Source of the DNA: Marmoricola sp.
GTDB taxonomy: Bacteria; Actinomycetota; Actinomycetes; Propionibacteriales; Nocardioidaceae
Reading direction: 5' to 3'
Length of the DNA: 64,000 nt
Assembly: GCA_036676945.1 (NCBI GenBank)
Contig: JAKFBZ010000027.1
Location: forward strand, 1,601 to 65,600
In this document: piece by piece, positions 54,410 through 64,000 of the stretch
Layout of the letters: every line of letters begins with the position of its first letter
How positions within the stretch are numbered: position 1 is the stretch's first letter
The notes under the pieces: model-generated
Told to the model about the DNA's origin: nothing
Seen by the model: the letters and a program-made list of their open reading frames with translations, nothing else
Database searches by the model: none
Position numbers and translations under genes: made by a program

Positions 54410-55239
54410 TCTTCTTCCTCTCGTTCGCCGACCTGGTCGTGCTGTCGGCCGCATGCGCGGCTGTCGTCGTCCTGCTGATGGCACTCACCGCTGTGCTCGC
54501 GCGCGCGACCGGCAAAGTATCGGTGGTCGACACCGTGTGGGGTCTGGGGTTCATCGCCGTGGCGATCACTGCGGTCGTGGTCAGCGCGTGGCAGATCCGC
54601 GACTGGGGCTGCATCAGCGACGCCGGCTGCCAGGAGATGGACCAGCACAGCCTGCGCGTCCTGGTCGTGCTCGCCCTCGTCACCCTGTGGGGCGGCCGGC
54701 TCGCCTGGCACATCTTCAAGCGTTCCCGCGGGCACGGCGAGGACCCCCGCTACGAAGAACTGATGAGCAAGGGGCCGGGCGGGATCGTCCGCAAGGTGCT
54801 CCTCCCCCAGGGTCTGGCCATCTGGTTCGTGTCGCTGCCGATCCAGGTCACGGTGGTTTCCGGCGGCCACGTCACCTGGGTGCTCTGGCTCGGCGTGGCG
54901 GTCTGGCTGCTCGGGATGGTCTTCGAGTCCGTCGGCGACGCGCAGCTGGCGGCGTACAAGAAGGACCCCGACCGCGGACCGGTGATGGACCGCGGGCTCT
55001 GGCGCTACACGCGGCACCCGAACTACTTCGGCGACGCCTGCGTCTGGTGGGGCATCTGGCTGGTCTGCGCCGCGGCGTGGCCGGGGGTGCTCACGATCCT
55101 CTCGCCGGTCGCGATGACCTTCTTCCTGATTTTCGCGACCGGAGCGAAACATCTGGAGCGAACGATGATGCAGCGCCCCGGATATCCCGAGTACGCGGCC
55201 CGGACGAGCATGTTCTTCCCGCTGCCACCGAAGAAGTAG
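54406..55239 (+). CDS. DUF1295 membrane protein (steroid 5-alpha-reductase-like, Rv0446c-like)
   Basis: DTVWGLGF, WG.RL..HI..R..G.GED.RY, FESVGD.QL, GLWRYTRHPNYFG. Confidence 0.88.
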   Translation: MIFFLSFADLVVLSAACAAVVVLLMALTAVLARATGKVSVVDTVWGLGFIAVAITAVVVSAWQIRDWGCISDAGCQEMDQHSLRVLVVLALVTLWGGRLAWHIFKRSRGHGEDPRYEELMSKGPGGIVRKVLLPQGLAIWFVSLPIQVTVVSGGHVTWVLWLGVAVWLLGMVFESVGDAQLAAYKKDPDRGPVMDRGLWRYTRHPNYFGDACVWWGIWLVCAAAWPGVLTILSPVAMTFFLIFATGAKHLERTMMQRPGYPEYAARTSMFFPLPPKK

Positions 55240-55323
55240 CCGAAAGGGACCTGCGGTCCCTGGCGAGTCGCGCGCCGACAGTGTTTGGATGACCGAAGTG
55301 TCCGCACATGCTCTGGAGGGTGC

Positions 55324-55656
55324 ATGGACAGCGCGAGAGCTCACTACGACGACGGCAGCATCGCCTGCGACGACGACGGCCTGGCGATCCAGCGGTACTA
55401 CCCCTGGGGCGCCAGACGGATCCCCTACCGCGAGATCAGGAACGTCCGGCTCCATCGACTATCGGGCTGGAGCGCGGTGCAGAAACTCAGCGTCTGGGGC
55501 CCGGCCGACCTGGTGCACTGGTGGAACTACGACCCGCAGCGCCCGCACCGCGACGTGGCCGTCGTGATCGACACGGGCTCCCGGATCCGCCCCACCGTGA
55601 CACCGGCCGACCCCGCAGCGTTCGAGAGGATCGTGCGGGCGCACCTCGTGGGTTGA
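55324..55656 (+). CDS. Small hypothetical protein (possible PH-like fold)
   Basis: 110-aa ORF with GGAGGG RBS; YY.W…IPY.EI…WG…WW..D..RP pattern. Confidence 0.6.
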   Translation: MDSARAHYDDGSIACDDDGLAIQRYYPWGARRIPYREIRNVRLHRLSGWSAVQKLSVWGPADLVHWWNYDPQRPHRDVAVVIDTGSRIRPTVTPADPAAFERIVRAHLVG

Positions 55657-55671
55657 GACCTCGCCGCCGGG

Positions 55672-55761
55672 TCACAAGCTGCTACGGCCTCCACGGACCC
55701 GACCGAGGATGAAGAGCACGAGCGCGACGACGGCGAGCACAATGAGAATTGTCCACAACAC
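55672..55761 (-). CDS. 29-aa single-helix membrane peptide
   Basis: (M)LWTILIVLAVVALVLFILGRVRGGRSSL with GGAG RBS 7 nt upstream of GTG 55761. Confidence 0.6.
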   Translation of the reverse strand: MLWTILIVLAVVALVLFILGRVRGGRSSL

Positions 55762-55891
55762 GGTAAGACTCCGTTCATCAGACCCGAGCGAGTTGCTCTC
55801 GGGCGAGGCCGAAATGGCCGTAATGAGTAGTACCCCAGCAGCTCGCCCCGAAACGGCGTTCCGTTCGGGAGGTCGCATCGGTCCCGGTCAG

Positions 55892-56302
55892 CTAGGCGTT
55901 GCGCACCTGGAACGACGCCGAGAACTCCCCGTCCCCCACCGTGAGCCGCCACTGGTACCGCCCCGGGGGCAGCGGCATCGGGCCGAGTGAGAACTGGAAG
56001 GCGTGGTCGATCGCCGTGCCGGGCTCGATGCCGGACGGCCGGCCGAGTTCGAACTCCTGCTGGAGCCCGACGCCCTGGCCGTCGAACTGGACGTGCCGGC
56101 CGTCGGCGTCGACGAGGAACAGCGACAGCGGGATCTTCTCGTTGGTCCGGTCCCAGGGCACCTGCAGGAAGACCGCGACCGCGGCCGGGGCGGTCGGCGT
56201 ACCGGTCACCGACCAGCCTGCGCCGAGCATGTGCAGCTTGCCGGTCGGGTCGGCCACCGCGGCGTCGCAGAGCAGCATCGTCGCTTCGATCGGGGAGGCC
56301 AT
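55892..56302 (-). CDS. Hypothetical beta-rich protein (DUF6941-like)
   Basis: MLLCDAA…GKLHMLGAGW…LPPGRYQWRLTV; TGATG overlap with the mnmA stop. Confidence 0.7.
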   Translation of the reverse strand: MASPIEATMLLCDAAVADPTGKLHMLGAGWSVTGTPTAPAAVAVFLQVPWDRTNEKIPLSLFLVDADGRHVQFDGQGVGLQQEFELGRPSGIEPGTAIDHAFQFSLGPMPLPPGRYQWRLTVGDGEFSASFQVRNA

Positions 56303-57414
56303 CAGGACACCTTCTCCGCCAGGGAGCGCGACGTCGCCGCGATCGTCCCGGACCCGACGACGCGGGTCCCGGCGTAGATCACGCACGCCTGTCCGGGCGC
56401 GATCCCCTCGGCAGGGTCGAGCAGGGTCACCGCGAAACCGTCCGTGGTCGGCAGCACGCGCGCCCGGTGCTCGTCGCCGTGGGCCCGCAACTGCACGGTG
56501 CAGTCCAGCGGTTCCTCGGGTGCGGTGCCGCACCACAGCGGCCTGATGCACTCCAACCCGGTCACCTCGAGGTCGGCACGCGAGCCGACGGTGACGGTCC
56601 CGGAGACGGGCTCGATGTCGAGGACGTAGCGAGGCTTGCCGTCCGAGGCCGGCGTACCGATGCGCAGGCCTTTGCGCTGTCCGATGGTGAACCGCCACGA
56701 CCCCTCGTGGCTGCCCAGGACGTCGCCGGACGCGGCGTCGACGATCTCGCCCGAGGAGTTCGGGGCCGCGTCGCCGAGCTTCTCGGCGAGCCAGCCGCCG
56801 GTGTCGCCGTCGCTGATGAAGCAGATGTCGTGGCTGTCGGGCTTGGCCGCGACCTGGATCCCCCGCCGTTCGGCCTCGGCCCGGATCTCGGTCTTGGTGG
56901 TGTCCCCCAGGGGGAACATCGAGTGCGCGAGCTGGTCCTGGGTCAGGACACCGAGGACGTAGGACTGGTCCTTGCCGTGGTCCTCGGCGCGGTGCAGCTC
57001 CAGCAGGCCGTCCGACCCGGTGCGCAGCTGCGCGTAGTGACCGGTCGCCACGGCGTCGAAGCCGAGGGCGAGGCCCTTGTCCAGGACGGCCGCGAACTTG
57101 ATCTTCTCGTTGCAGCGCAGGCACGGGTTCGGGGTCCGGCCGCCGGCGTACTCGGCCAGGAAGTCCTCGACCACATCCTCGTGGAACCGGTCGGAGAGGT
57201 CCCAGACGTAGAACGGGATCCCGATCAGGTCCGCGACCCGGCGGGCGTCGTTGCTGTCCTCGATCGTGCAGCAGCCTCGCGCCCCGGTCCGGTAGGACTG
57301 CGGGTTGCGAGAGAGCGCCAGGTGGATGCCGGTCACCTCGTGACCCGCCTCGACGGCGCGTGCCGCGGCCACGGCCGAGTCCACGCCACCCGACATCGCT
57401 GCCAGGACCTTCAT
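56302..57414 (-). CDS. mnmA: tRNA 2-thiouridylase
   Basis: [53 protein letters not shown]. Confidence 0.97.
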   Translation of the reverse strand: MKVLAAMSGGVDSAVAAARAVEAGHEVTGIHLALSRNPQSYRTGARGCCTIEDSNDARRVADLIGIPFYVWDLSDRFHEDVVEDFLAEYAGGRTPNPCLRCNEKIKFAAVLDKGLALGFDAVATGHYAQLRTGSDGLLELHRAEDHGKDQSYVLGVLTQDQLAHSMFPLGDTTKTEIRAEAERRGIQVAAKPDSHDICFISDGDTGGWLAEKLGDAAPNSSGEIVDAASGDVLGSHEGSWRFTIGQRKGLRIGTPASDGKPRYVLDIEPVSGTVTVGSRADLEVTGLECIRPLWCGTAPEEPLDCTVQLRAHGDEHRARVLPTTDGFAVTLLDPAEGIAPGQACVIYAGTRVVGSGTIAATSRSLAEKVS

Positions 57415-58604
57415 GACCGGTCCCTCGACGTCTTGCCCGCAGCGCGGGCCCGTTCGACGACCGGGCCGATCGCCTCCACCAGGGCCCGGACGTCGGCCTC
57501 GGTCGAGGTGTGACCGAGCGAGAGCCGCAGTGATCCACGGGCCTGCTCGTCGTCGCATCCCATCGCGAGCAGCACGTGGGAGGGCTGCGGTACGCCGGCG
57601 TTGCACGCCGAACCGGTCGAGCACTCGATCCCGCGGGCGTCGAGCAGCATCAGCAGCGAGTCGCCCTCGCAGCCGGGGAAGGTCAGGTGTGCGTTGCCGG
57701 GAAGGCGGTGCCCCGGAGAGGAGACCGGATCACCGTTGTACGCCGCCTCCGGGACCACCTCGCGGACCCCGGCCACGAGTTCGTCACGCAGCCCGCTGAG
57801 TCGCGCGGCGAGCTCCGGCTGGTGCTTCACGGCCAGTTCGCAGGCGGTGGCGAAGCCGGCGATCGCCGGAGCGTCGATGGTGCCGGAGCGGACGTCACGC
57901 TCCTGACCGCCGCCGTGCAGCAGCGCGGTGAGCTGCACCTCGCGGCGCACCAGCAGCGCGCCCACGCCGTACGGACCACCGATCTTGTGCCCGGTGACCG
58001 TCATCGCATCGACGCCCGACGCGGCGAAGTCGACGGGCACCTGGCCGACGGCCTGCACGGCGTCGGTGTGCACCGGGATCCCGAAGCGGTGGGCCAGCTC
58101 GACGACCTCTGCGATCGGCTGCACCGTGCCGACCTCGTTGTTGGCCCACATCACCGAGACCAGCGCGATCTGTTCGGGGTGCTCCTCGAGCCGCGTGCGG
58201 AAAGCCTCCAGGTCGAGACGGCCCAGGTCGTCGACCCCGATCAGCTCGATGTCGGCACCCTCCTCCTCGGCCAGCCAGTGCAGCGGGTCCAGGACCGCGT
58301 GGTGCTCGACCGCGCTGACCAGGATGCGGCTGCGAGCCGGGTCCTGACCGCGCCTGGCCCAGTACAGGCCCTTGAGTGCGAGGTTGTCGGCCTCGGTGCC
58401 GCCGGAGGTGAAGACCACCTCGCCGGGACGACAGCCCAGGGCGCTCGCCACCGTCTCCCGGGACTCCTCGACGACGCGCCGGGCACCGCGGCCGGACGCG
58501 TGCAGGGAGTTCGCGTTGCCGACGACACCGAGCCGCGCGGTCATCGCCGCGGCGGCTTCGGGGAGGATCGGCGTCGTCGCCGCGTGGTCGAGATAGACGG
58601 TCAT
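57411..58604 (-). CDS. iscS: Cysteine desulfurase (IscS/NifS type)
   Basis: [36 protein letters not shown] motifs. Confidence 0.93.
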   Translation of the reverse strand: MTVYLDHAATTPILPEAAAAMTARLGVVGNANSLHASGRGARRVVEESRETVASALGCRPGEVVFTSGGTEADNLALKGLYWARRGQDPARSRILVSAVEHHAVLDPLHWLAEEEGADIELIGVDDLGRLDLEAFRTRLEEHPEQIALVSVMWANNEVGTVQPIAEVVELAHRFGIPVHTDAVQAVGQVPVDFAASGVDAMTVTGHKIGGPYGVGALLVRREVQLTALLHGGGQERDVRSGTIDAPAIAGFATACELAVKHQPELAARLSGLRDELVAGVREVVPEAAYNGDPVSSPGHRLPGNAHLTFPGCEGDSLLMLLDARGIECSTGSACNAGVPQPSHVLLAMGCDDEQARGSLRLSLGHTSTEADVRALVEAIGPVVERARAAGKTSRDRS

Positions 58605-58647
58605 GTCCGTCCAAGCCTACTTCCGTGCCCCTGGGAGCGGGGACGCA

Positions 58648-59547
58648 CTAACCGCCGAGGCGCTTCAGGTCGACGATCAGCGCCCGGTGGTCGGTCCCGG
58701 CGACCTTCTCCGCGCGGGTGTCGATCGCGTCGAACCGGGGCGAGAAGAGCACGTGGTCGATGGTGATCAGCGCCAGTCCCGCGTTCTGCCCCGACCAGGT
58801 CGGCTGCCATCCCGCGTTCGAGCGCCGGGCCGCGTCGGCGAGCCCGGTCCGGGAGTCCAGCAGGTCGCGCACGGGCTGGTGGTCCAGGGTCGCGTTGAAG
58901 TCACCGACGACGAGCCGGGTGCCGGGCAGCGCCGCGGCTGCCCGGTTGATCGCGTGCCAGTCCTGGGCCCAGGCTCCCGGCCGCTTCAGCGGCTGGCTCG
59001 GATGCACCGCGAGCAGCCAGAACGGGTCGGGTCCCAGCACTCGCAGCCGGTAGCCGCCGAGGCGCGTCGCAAGCCTCTCCTGGTCGAGCAACGGGTATAC
59101 CGAGAACACCATCGTCCCCGAACCGCCGTCCCCGGCGCCGCCGCCGGCGTACGGGAACAGGTCCTCGATCCCGGCGGTGCGCAGGTGGGCGAACGCGGAA
59201 CTGTCGACCTCCTCGAGGACGAGCAGGTCGACCTTGTTCTCGCGGGCGAGCGTGACCACCTGCGTCGCACTGGCACCGCCGCGCTTGGTGTTCACGTTCA
59301 TCACACTCAGGTCCGGCCGCCCCTCCGCGTGCGCACCGAGGTACGACGGCGCGAGCAGGATCGTGTGCAGGACGACACCGGCGAGCGCGAGCACCGCGCC
59401 CGCGGCGTACTGCCGTCGTACGGCCGGAGCGGCGCGACGGCGCAGCAACAGCAGCACCGCTGCCGCGAACAAATAGCTCGGCAGCGCGTACGGGATCACG
59501 GTCGTGAGCATCACGAACCAGAAGCCGCCCGGCGCGGTCAGCCACAT
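58648..59547 (-). CDS. Membrane-anchored endonuclease/exonuclease/phosphatase-family protein (start may be CTG 59640)
   Basis: SVMNVN, LVLEE, VVGDFNAT, IDHVL, TDHRAL motifs; N-terminal TM helices. Confidence 0.85.
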   Translation of the reverse strand: MWLTAPGGFWFVMLTTVIPYALPSYLFAAAVLLLLRRRAAPAVRRQYAAGAVLALAGVVLHTILLAPSYLGAHAEGRPDLSVMNVNTKRGGASATQVVTLARENKVDLLVLEEVDSSAFAHLRTAGIEDLFPYAGGGAGDGGSGTMVFSVYPLLDQERLATRLGGYRLRVLGPDPFWLLAVHPSQPLKRPGAWAQDWHAINRAAAALPGTRLVVGDFNATLDHQPVRDLLDSRTGLADAARRSNAGWQPTWSGQNAGLALITIDHVLFSPRFDAIDTRAEKVAGTDHRALIVDLKRLGG

Positions 59548-59636
59548 CAGGCTGAGAACGACCGAACCGGCCAGGACACCGGCCGCGATGATCGCGGCGG
59601 TGACCCTGACCGGTCCGATGAGGTGGTTCAGGTTTG

Positions 59637-60590
59637 TCAGGCCTTGCGCTGGGTGATCTCCGCGGCCGCAGCCGGGAGGACCGAGTGCAGGTCTCCGACG
59701 ACACCGAAGTCGACCAGCTCGAAGATCGGCGCCTCTTCGTCCTTGTTCACGGCGACGATCGTCTTGGAGGTCTGCATGCCGGCGCGGTGCTGGATCGCAC
59801 CGGAGATGCCCGCCGCGATGTACAACTGCGGCGAGACGACCTTGCCGGTCTGGCCGATCTGGAAGGCGTGCGGCACCCAGCCGGAGTCGACCGCTGCACG
59901 CGAAGCGCCGACAGCGGCGCCGAGCGAGTCGGCCAGAGCGTCGACGGGCTCGAAGTTGCCGCCGGTACCGCGACCGCCGGAGACGATGATCGCTGCCTCG
60001 GTCAGCTCGGGGCGACCCGAGGAGACCCGCGGCTCGCTCTTGGTGATCCGGGCCTTCTTCGCGGACTCCGAGACCGTCGCGGCGAACGCCTCGACGGCGC
60101 CGGCCCCGGCGGACTCCTCCGGAGCGGCGGCGTTCGGCTTCACGGTGATGATCGGCGTGCCCTGGGTGACCTTCGCCTGCACGGTGTAGCTGCCGGCGAA
60201 GACCGACTGGGTGGTGACCGGACCGGCCTGGACGTCGACGGCGTCGGTGATCAGACCCGACTCCAGCTTGACGGCGAGGCGGGCGGCGATCTCCTTGCCC
60301 TCGATGTTGGACGAGATCAGGATCGCGGCCGGGCTGGCCTGGCCGGCGAGCTGCTGGAGCACCTCGGCCTTCGGGGCCACCAGGAAGCCGGCGATCTCGG
60401 CGTCGTCGACGGTGTAGACCTTCTCCGCGCCGTACTTGGCGACGGCCTCGGCCGCACCGGCGGCCTTGTCGGCGGCACCGATGAAGACCGCGGAGGGCTC
60501 ACCGAGGCGCTTGGCGATGGTCAGCAGCTCGAAGGTCGGCTTCTTGACCGCCCCGTCGACGTGATCGATCAGAACAAGAACTTCAGACAT
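59637..60590 (-). CDS. etfA: Electron transfer flavoprotein alpha subunit
   Basis: IVSGGRG, GASRAAVD.GW, QIGQTGK.V.P.LYIA.GISGAIQH.AGM. Confidence 0.97.
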   Translation of the reverse strand: MSEVLVLIDHVDGAVKKPTFELLTIAKRLGEPSAVFIGAADKAAGAAEAVAKYGAEKVYTVDDAEIAGFLVAPKAEVLQQLAGQASPAAILISSNIEGKEIAARLAVKLESGLITDAVDVQAGPVTTQSVFAGSYTVQAKVTQGTPIITVKPNAAAPEESAGAGAVEAFAATVSESAKKARITKSEPRVSSGRPELTEAAIIVSGGRGTGGNFEPVDALADSLGAAVGASRAAVDSGWVPHAFQIGQTGKVVSPQLYIAAGISGAIQHRAGMQTSKTIVAVNKDEEAPIFELVDFGVVGDLHSVLPAAAAEITQRKA

Positions 60591-60603
60591 GTCTCAGTAC
60601 CCC

Positions 60604-61398
60604 TCAGATGAACTTCTTCGAAGCGAGGAAGTCCGCGAGTGCCTTGGCACCGGAACCACCCTCGTCGGTCACGATCTCGCCGGCGGTGCGCGGCGGGCGG
60701 GCCTCGACGCTCTCGACCGCGGTCCACGCTGCGGACAGGCCGACCTCGCCCGCGTCGACGCCGATGTCGGCCAGCGACCAGACCTCACGCGGCTTCTTCT
60801 TCGCGGCGACGATCTGCTTGAAGCCGCCGATCCGGGGCTCGCCGGACTGGTCGGTCACGGCGATGACGACGGAACCGCTCGCGCCGATGACCTCGGTCGC
60901 GGTGTCCCCGTCGCGCTTGACGCGGAACTCGGTGCCCTTGTTCTGCACGAGCGACCCGTAGGTCATCTGCGGCAGGTCGAGGCGCTCGGCGAGCATCGCC
61001 GGGAGCACGCCCATGCCACCGTCGGTGGACGCCATGCCGCAGACGACGATGTCCACGTCGCCGATCTTGTTGATCGCGGCGGCGAGCACCTTCGAGGTGG
61101 CGAGCGCGTCCGAGCCGGCGATGGCGTCGTCGACGACCTGGGCGCCGTCGTCGGCGCCCATCTGAAGGGCCTTCGTGACGGCGGTCGCGGCGTCCTCGGG
61201 TCCGACGGTCAGCGCAGTGACGGTCACGGACTCGGGGTCCTCGGCGTTCTCCTTGAGCTGGAGGGCCTGCTCGACGGCGTACTCATCCAGTCCGGAGAGC
61301 TCACCAGCGACGGCGACGCGGTTGACGGTGTTGTCCGACTCGAACTGCTGGTCAGCAGTGGCGTCGGGTACGTACTTCACACAGACGACAATCTTCAT
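60604..61398 (-). CDS. etfB: Electron transfer flavoprotein beta subunit
   Basis: MKIVVCVKYVPD, DEYAVEQAL, ALQMGAD, GSDALAT, CGMASTDG. Confidence 0.96.
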   Translation of the reverse strand: MKIVVCVKYVPDATADQQFESDNTVNRVAVAGELSGLDEYAVEQALQLKENAEDPESVTVTALTVGPEDAATAVTKALQMGADDGAQVVDDAIAGSDALATSKVLAAAINKIGDVDIVVCGMASTDGGMGVLPAMLAERLDLPQMTYGSLVQNKGTEFRVKRDGDTATEVIGASGSVVIAVTDQSGEPRIGGFKQIVAAKKKPREVWSLADIGVDAGEVGLSAAWTAVESVEARPPRTAGEIVTDEGGSGAKALADFLASKKFI

Positions 61399-61510
61399 GC
61401 TGGTCACGGCTCCGCAGAGCCCCTCCTGAATCAAGTGTGGTGAACCCGGCTGACACTACTAGCGAGTTCGGTGTCTACCCACATCGTCTCGCGTGGGGTC
61501 AATCACAGGG

Positions 61511-61891
61511 TTAGCGGGTCGGCTTCGGGGCAAGCAGGCGCTGCAGGTACCGACCGATGGCGAGGTACACGATGGCGGCGATGCCCCAGTTGACCACGGC
61601 GTTCTTCACCTCGGCGTTCTCGCCGTGGAACGCGAAGATGCCGTTCTCGCGGCTGAACGGCCCGTCGATGGCGTCCGCGAAGTTGAGGATGAACTTCACC
61701 AGCGGGTTGTCCTGGCTGACGTTGTCCTGGGCGGCGACCAGGAACGCGCCGAGGGCGAGGACGACCGCGAACACCAGGAAGATGACCCGGATGATCTTGG
61801 CCATCGTCTCGCGCAGGTGATCGGTCTCCGCCTTACGGGCCTGGGAGCGCTCCGGGAGCGGTTCGTCCGACTTCACTACTTTGGCCACCAA
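61511..61891 (-). CDS. Hypothetical two-helix membrane protein
   Basis: Two hydrophobic helices flanking NPLVKF…ADAIDGPF; VNWGIAA.VY. Confidence 0.65.
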   Translation of the reverse strand: MVAKVVKSDEPLPERSQARKAETDHLRETMAKIIRVIFLVFAVVLALGAFLVAAQDNVSQDNPLVKFILNFADAIDGPFSRENGIFAFHGENAEVKNAVVNWGIAAIVYLAIGRYLQRLLAPKPTR

Positions 61892-61972
61892 GGCTCCTCG
61901 TCCTACTCCCCCACGCGGGGTGCTCCGCCGCGTGGCCCCAACGCTAGGCGATCTGACCCGGTTTCGCCCGCA

Positions 61973-62752
61973 TCAGCGGCCTTTGAACTGGGCCTTTCCG
62001 GGGCCGTTCTCGACGAACGAGTTCATGCCGATGCTGCGGTCCTCGGTCGCGAAGAGCGCCGCGAACTGCTGGCGCTCGATCTCCAGGCCGGTTTCCAGGT
62101 CGGTCTCGATGCCGCGGTCGATCGACTCCTTGGCGGCGCGGACGGCGTACGTCGCCGCCCCGGCGAACTGCCCGGCCCACGCGAGAGCCTCGGCGTACAC
62201 GTCCGCGGCCGGGACCACCCGGTCGACGAGCCCGATCGCGAGGGCCTCGTCGGCCTTCACGAACCGGCCGGTGAAGATGATGTCCTTCGCCCTGCTCGGC
62301 CCGACCAGGCGGGTGAGCCGCTGGGTGCCGCCGGCGCCGGGGATGATCCCGAGGAGGATCTCGGGCTGGCCGAGGACAGCGTTCTCGCCGGCGATCCGGA
62401 TGTCGGCGCAGAGCGCGAGTTCGCACCCGCCGCCGAGCGCGTAGCCGGTGACCGCGGCCACGACCGGCTTGGGGATCCGGGCGACCGCGGTGAAGGCGGA
62501 GGTGAGACCGGCCGAGCGCTTGACCATGTCCGTGTGGGACATGTCGGCCATCTCCTTGACGTCCGCACCCGCAGCGAAGACCCGCTCGCCGCCGTAGATG
62601 ACCACGGCCTTGACGTCGTCGCGGTCGGTCGCCTCAGCGGCCAGCGCCCTGATCTCCTCCTGCATCTGGACGTCGAGCGCGTTCATCTTCGGCCGGTCCA
62701 GCCGGATCGTCCCGACACCGTCGGCCACTTCAAGTCGTACGAACTCACCCAT
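61973..62752 (-). CDS. Enoyl-CoA hydratase/isomerase
   Basis: LDRPKMNAL, FAAGADVKEM, GYALGGGCELAL..DIR, PEILLGIIPGAGGTQRL. Confidence 0.93.
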   Translation of the reverse strand: MGEFVRLEVADGVGTIRLDRPKMNALDVQMQEEIRALAAEATDRDDVKAVVIYGGERVFAAGADVKEMADMSHTDMVKRSAGLTSAFTAVARIPKPVVAAVTGYALGGGCELALCADIRIAGENAVLGQPEILLGIIPGAGGTQRLTRLVGPSRAKDIIFTGRFVKADEALAIGLVDRVVPAADVYAEALAWAGQFAGAATYAVRAAKESIDRGIETDLETGLEIERQQFAALFATEDRSIGMNSFVENGPGKAQFKGR

Positions 62753-62860
62753 GCCGTGCAGCCTAGTCACCGTGGCCGGTTCGTGATGTCACGGGCGGCG
62801 GACCCGGCCCTGGCCGGGCCGCCGCGGCACGGCCTTCGGCTGCCCTGCGAGGATGTGCGG

Positions 62861-64000
62861 GTGGTGCACGAGATCTGGCGCTGGACCAGCCCCGAGGATT
62901 CCGCCCCGGTCTGGCCGGGACGGAGCTGGCCGCTGGGCGCGACCTGGTCCGAGGAATCGACCAACTTCGCCGTCTCCGCACCTGAGGCCACTGCGATGTG
63001 GGTCTGCCTGTTCGACGAGGACGCCGAGGGCAACGAGCGCGAGACGACGTACCAGCTCACCGAGCACTCGCTGGGCATCTGGCACGGGGCCGTGCCCGAC
63101 GTCGCCCCCGGGACCCGCTACGGCTACCGGGCCGCCGGGCCCTGGCAGCCCTCGCAAGGCCTGCGCTTCAACGTCAACAAACTGCTGCTCGACCCGTACG
63201 GACGGGCCGTGAGCGGCGCGGTGACCCCGGGTCCGGCGATCTTCGCCCACGACCTGGAGCACCCGGAGAGCCCCAGCGCACTGGACTCCGCTCCCGCGAT
63301 GCCGCGCAGCGTGGTGGTCCACGACCCGTTCGACTGGGGACCCGGGGGCGACCCGCCGCAGCGTCGCCGCTGGCGTGACTCGGTGATCTACGAACTGCAC
63401 GTGAAGGGCTTCACCGCCCTGCACGCCGAGATCCCCGAGGAGCTGCGCGGCACCTACGCCGGCCTCGGGTCACCCGAGGTGATCCGCTACCTGACCGAGC
63501 TGGGCGTGACCGCGGTCGAGCTGTTGCCCGTCCACCAGTTCATCTCAGAACCGCACCTGGCCGAGCTCGGACTGTCCAACTACTGGGGCTACAACTCGAT
63601 CGGCTTCTTCGCACCGCACAACGCGTACGCCGCCGGCGGCGACCGCGGCCAGCAGGTCACCGAGTTCAAGCAGATGGTGAAGAACTTCCACGCCGCCGGC
63701 ATCGAGGTGATCCTCGACGTGGTCTACAACCACACCGCCGAGGCCGGCGCGCTCGGGCCGACGTACAGCTTCCGCGGCCTCGACGACCGCGGCTTCTACC
63801 ACCGCGTCCCCGTCCCCGACGACGAGGACGACCTGCCGGCGCACGTGCGCTTCGACGACACCTACTGGGACGTGACCGGCTGCGGCAACACCGTCAACGC
63901 CCAGAACCCGCAGGCCCTGCGGCTGATCCTGGACTCGCTGCGCTACTGGGTCACCGAGATGCACGTCGACGGGTTCCGCTTCGACCTGCTCTCCGCCCTG
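62861..64000 (+). CDS. glgX: Glycogen debranching enzyme, partial (runs off the right edge)
   Basis: Manual translation: PLGATW, LLLDPY, IYELHVKGFT, VELLPVHQF, NYWGYN, DVVYNHTAE, TGCGNT, VDGFRFDL. Confidence 0.95.
   Translation, partial: MVHEIWRWTSPEDSAPVWPGRSWPLGATWSEESTNFAVSAPEATAMWVCLFDEDAEGNERETTYQLTEHSLGIWHGAVPDVAPGTRYGYRAAGPWQPSQGLRFNVNKLLLDPYGRAVSGAVTPGPAIFAHDLEHPESPSALDSAPAMPRSVVVHDPFDWGPGGDPPQRRRWRDSVIYELHVKGFTALHAEIPEELRGTYAGLGSPEVIRYLTELGVTAVELLPVHQFISEPHLAELGLSNYWGYNSIGFFAPHNAYAAGGDRGQQVTEFKQMVKNFHAAGIEVILDVVYNHTAEAGALGPTYSFRGLDDRGFYHRVPVPDDEDDLPAHVRFDDTYWDVTGCGNTVNAQNPQALRLILDSLRYWVTEMHVDGFRFDLLSAL

Noticed and set aside
61440-61475. TACTAGCGAGTT as a possible fatty-acid TetR operator upstream of etfB
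   Set aside because: Only 3-bp arms; too weak to call.

Overview
This is a high-GC actinobacterial chromosome segment (Nocardioides-like by gene order and protein style; this is inference). The housekeeping backbone lies on the minus strand: etfB-etfA, iscS-mnmA, a MetE-like gene, ligA, gatCAB, ilvD, ilvBNC and the start of argG, with glgX beginning on the plus strand at the right edge. Accessory blocks interrupt it. (1) A SigK/RskA island at 46.1-55.2 kb has two near-consensus SigK promoters, a Mo-oxidoreductase, a fasciclin lipoprotein, an in-frame FAD-oxidoreductase::DUF1365 fusion, two Cfa-type methyltransferases and DUF1295; it is a candidate furan or other modified fatty-acid pathway. 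(2) Two giant paralogous secreted Ig-repeat proteins carry different N-terminal tips. (3) A BcsA-like PilZ glycosyltransferase is coupled to a membrane GGDEF-EAL protein. (4) A cobalamin riboswitch precedes a lone secreted alpha/alpha-barrel protein. (5) An M23 peptidase is fused to a 7-repeat PLL-type lectin propeller. (6) A LysR regulator is divergent from a secreted SurE. Non-coding signals read directly from the sequence include ARG boxes, a SigR/SigH promoter, a KstR-type operator, the ilvB leader-peptide attenuator, a 27-bp TetR palindrome, a REP-like repeat family and many leaderless promoters. No tRNA, rRNA, CRISPR array or transposase was recognised. Family names come from motif recognition only; no database searches were run.
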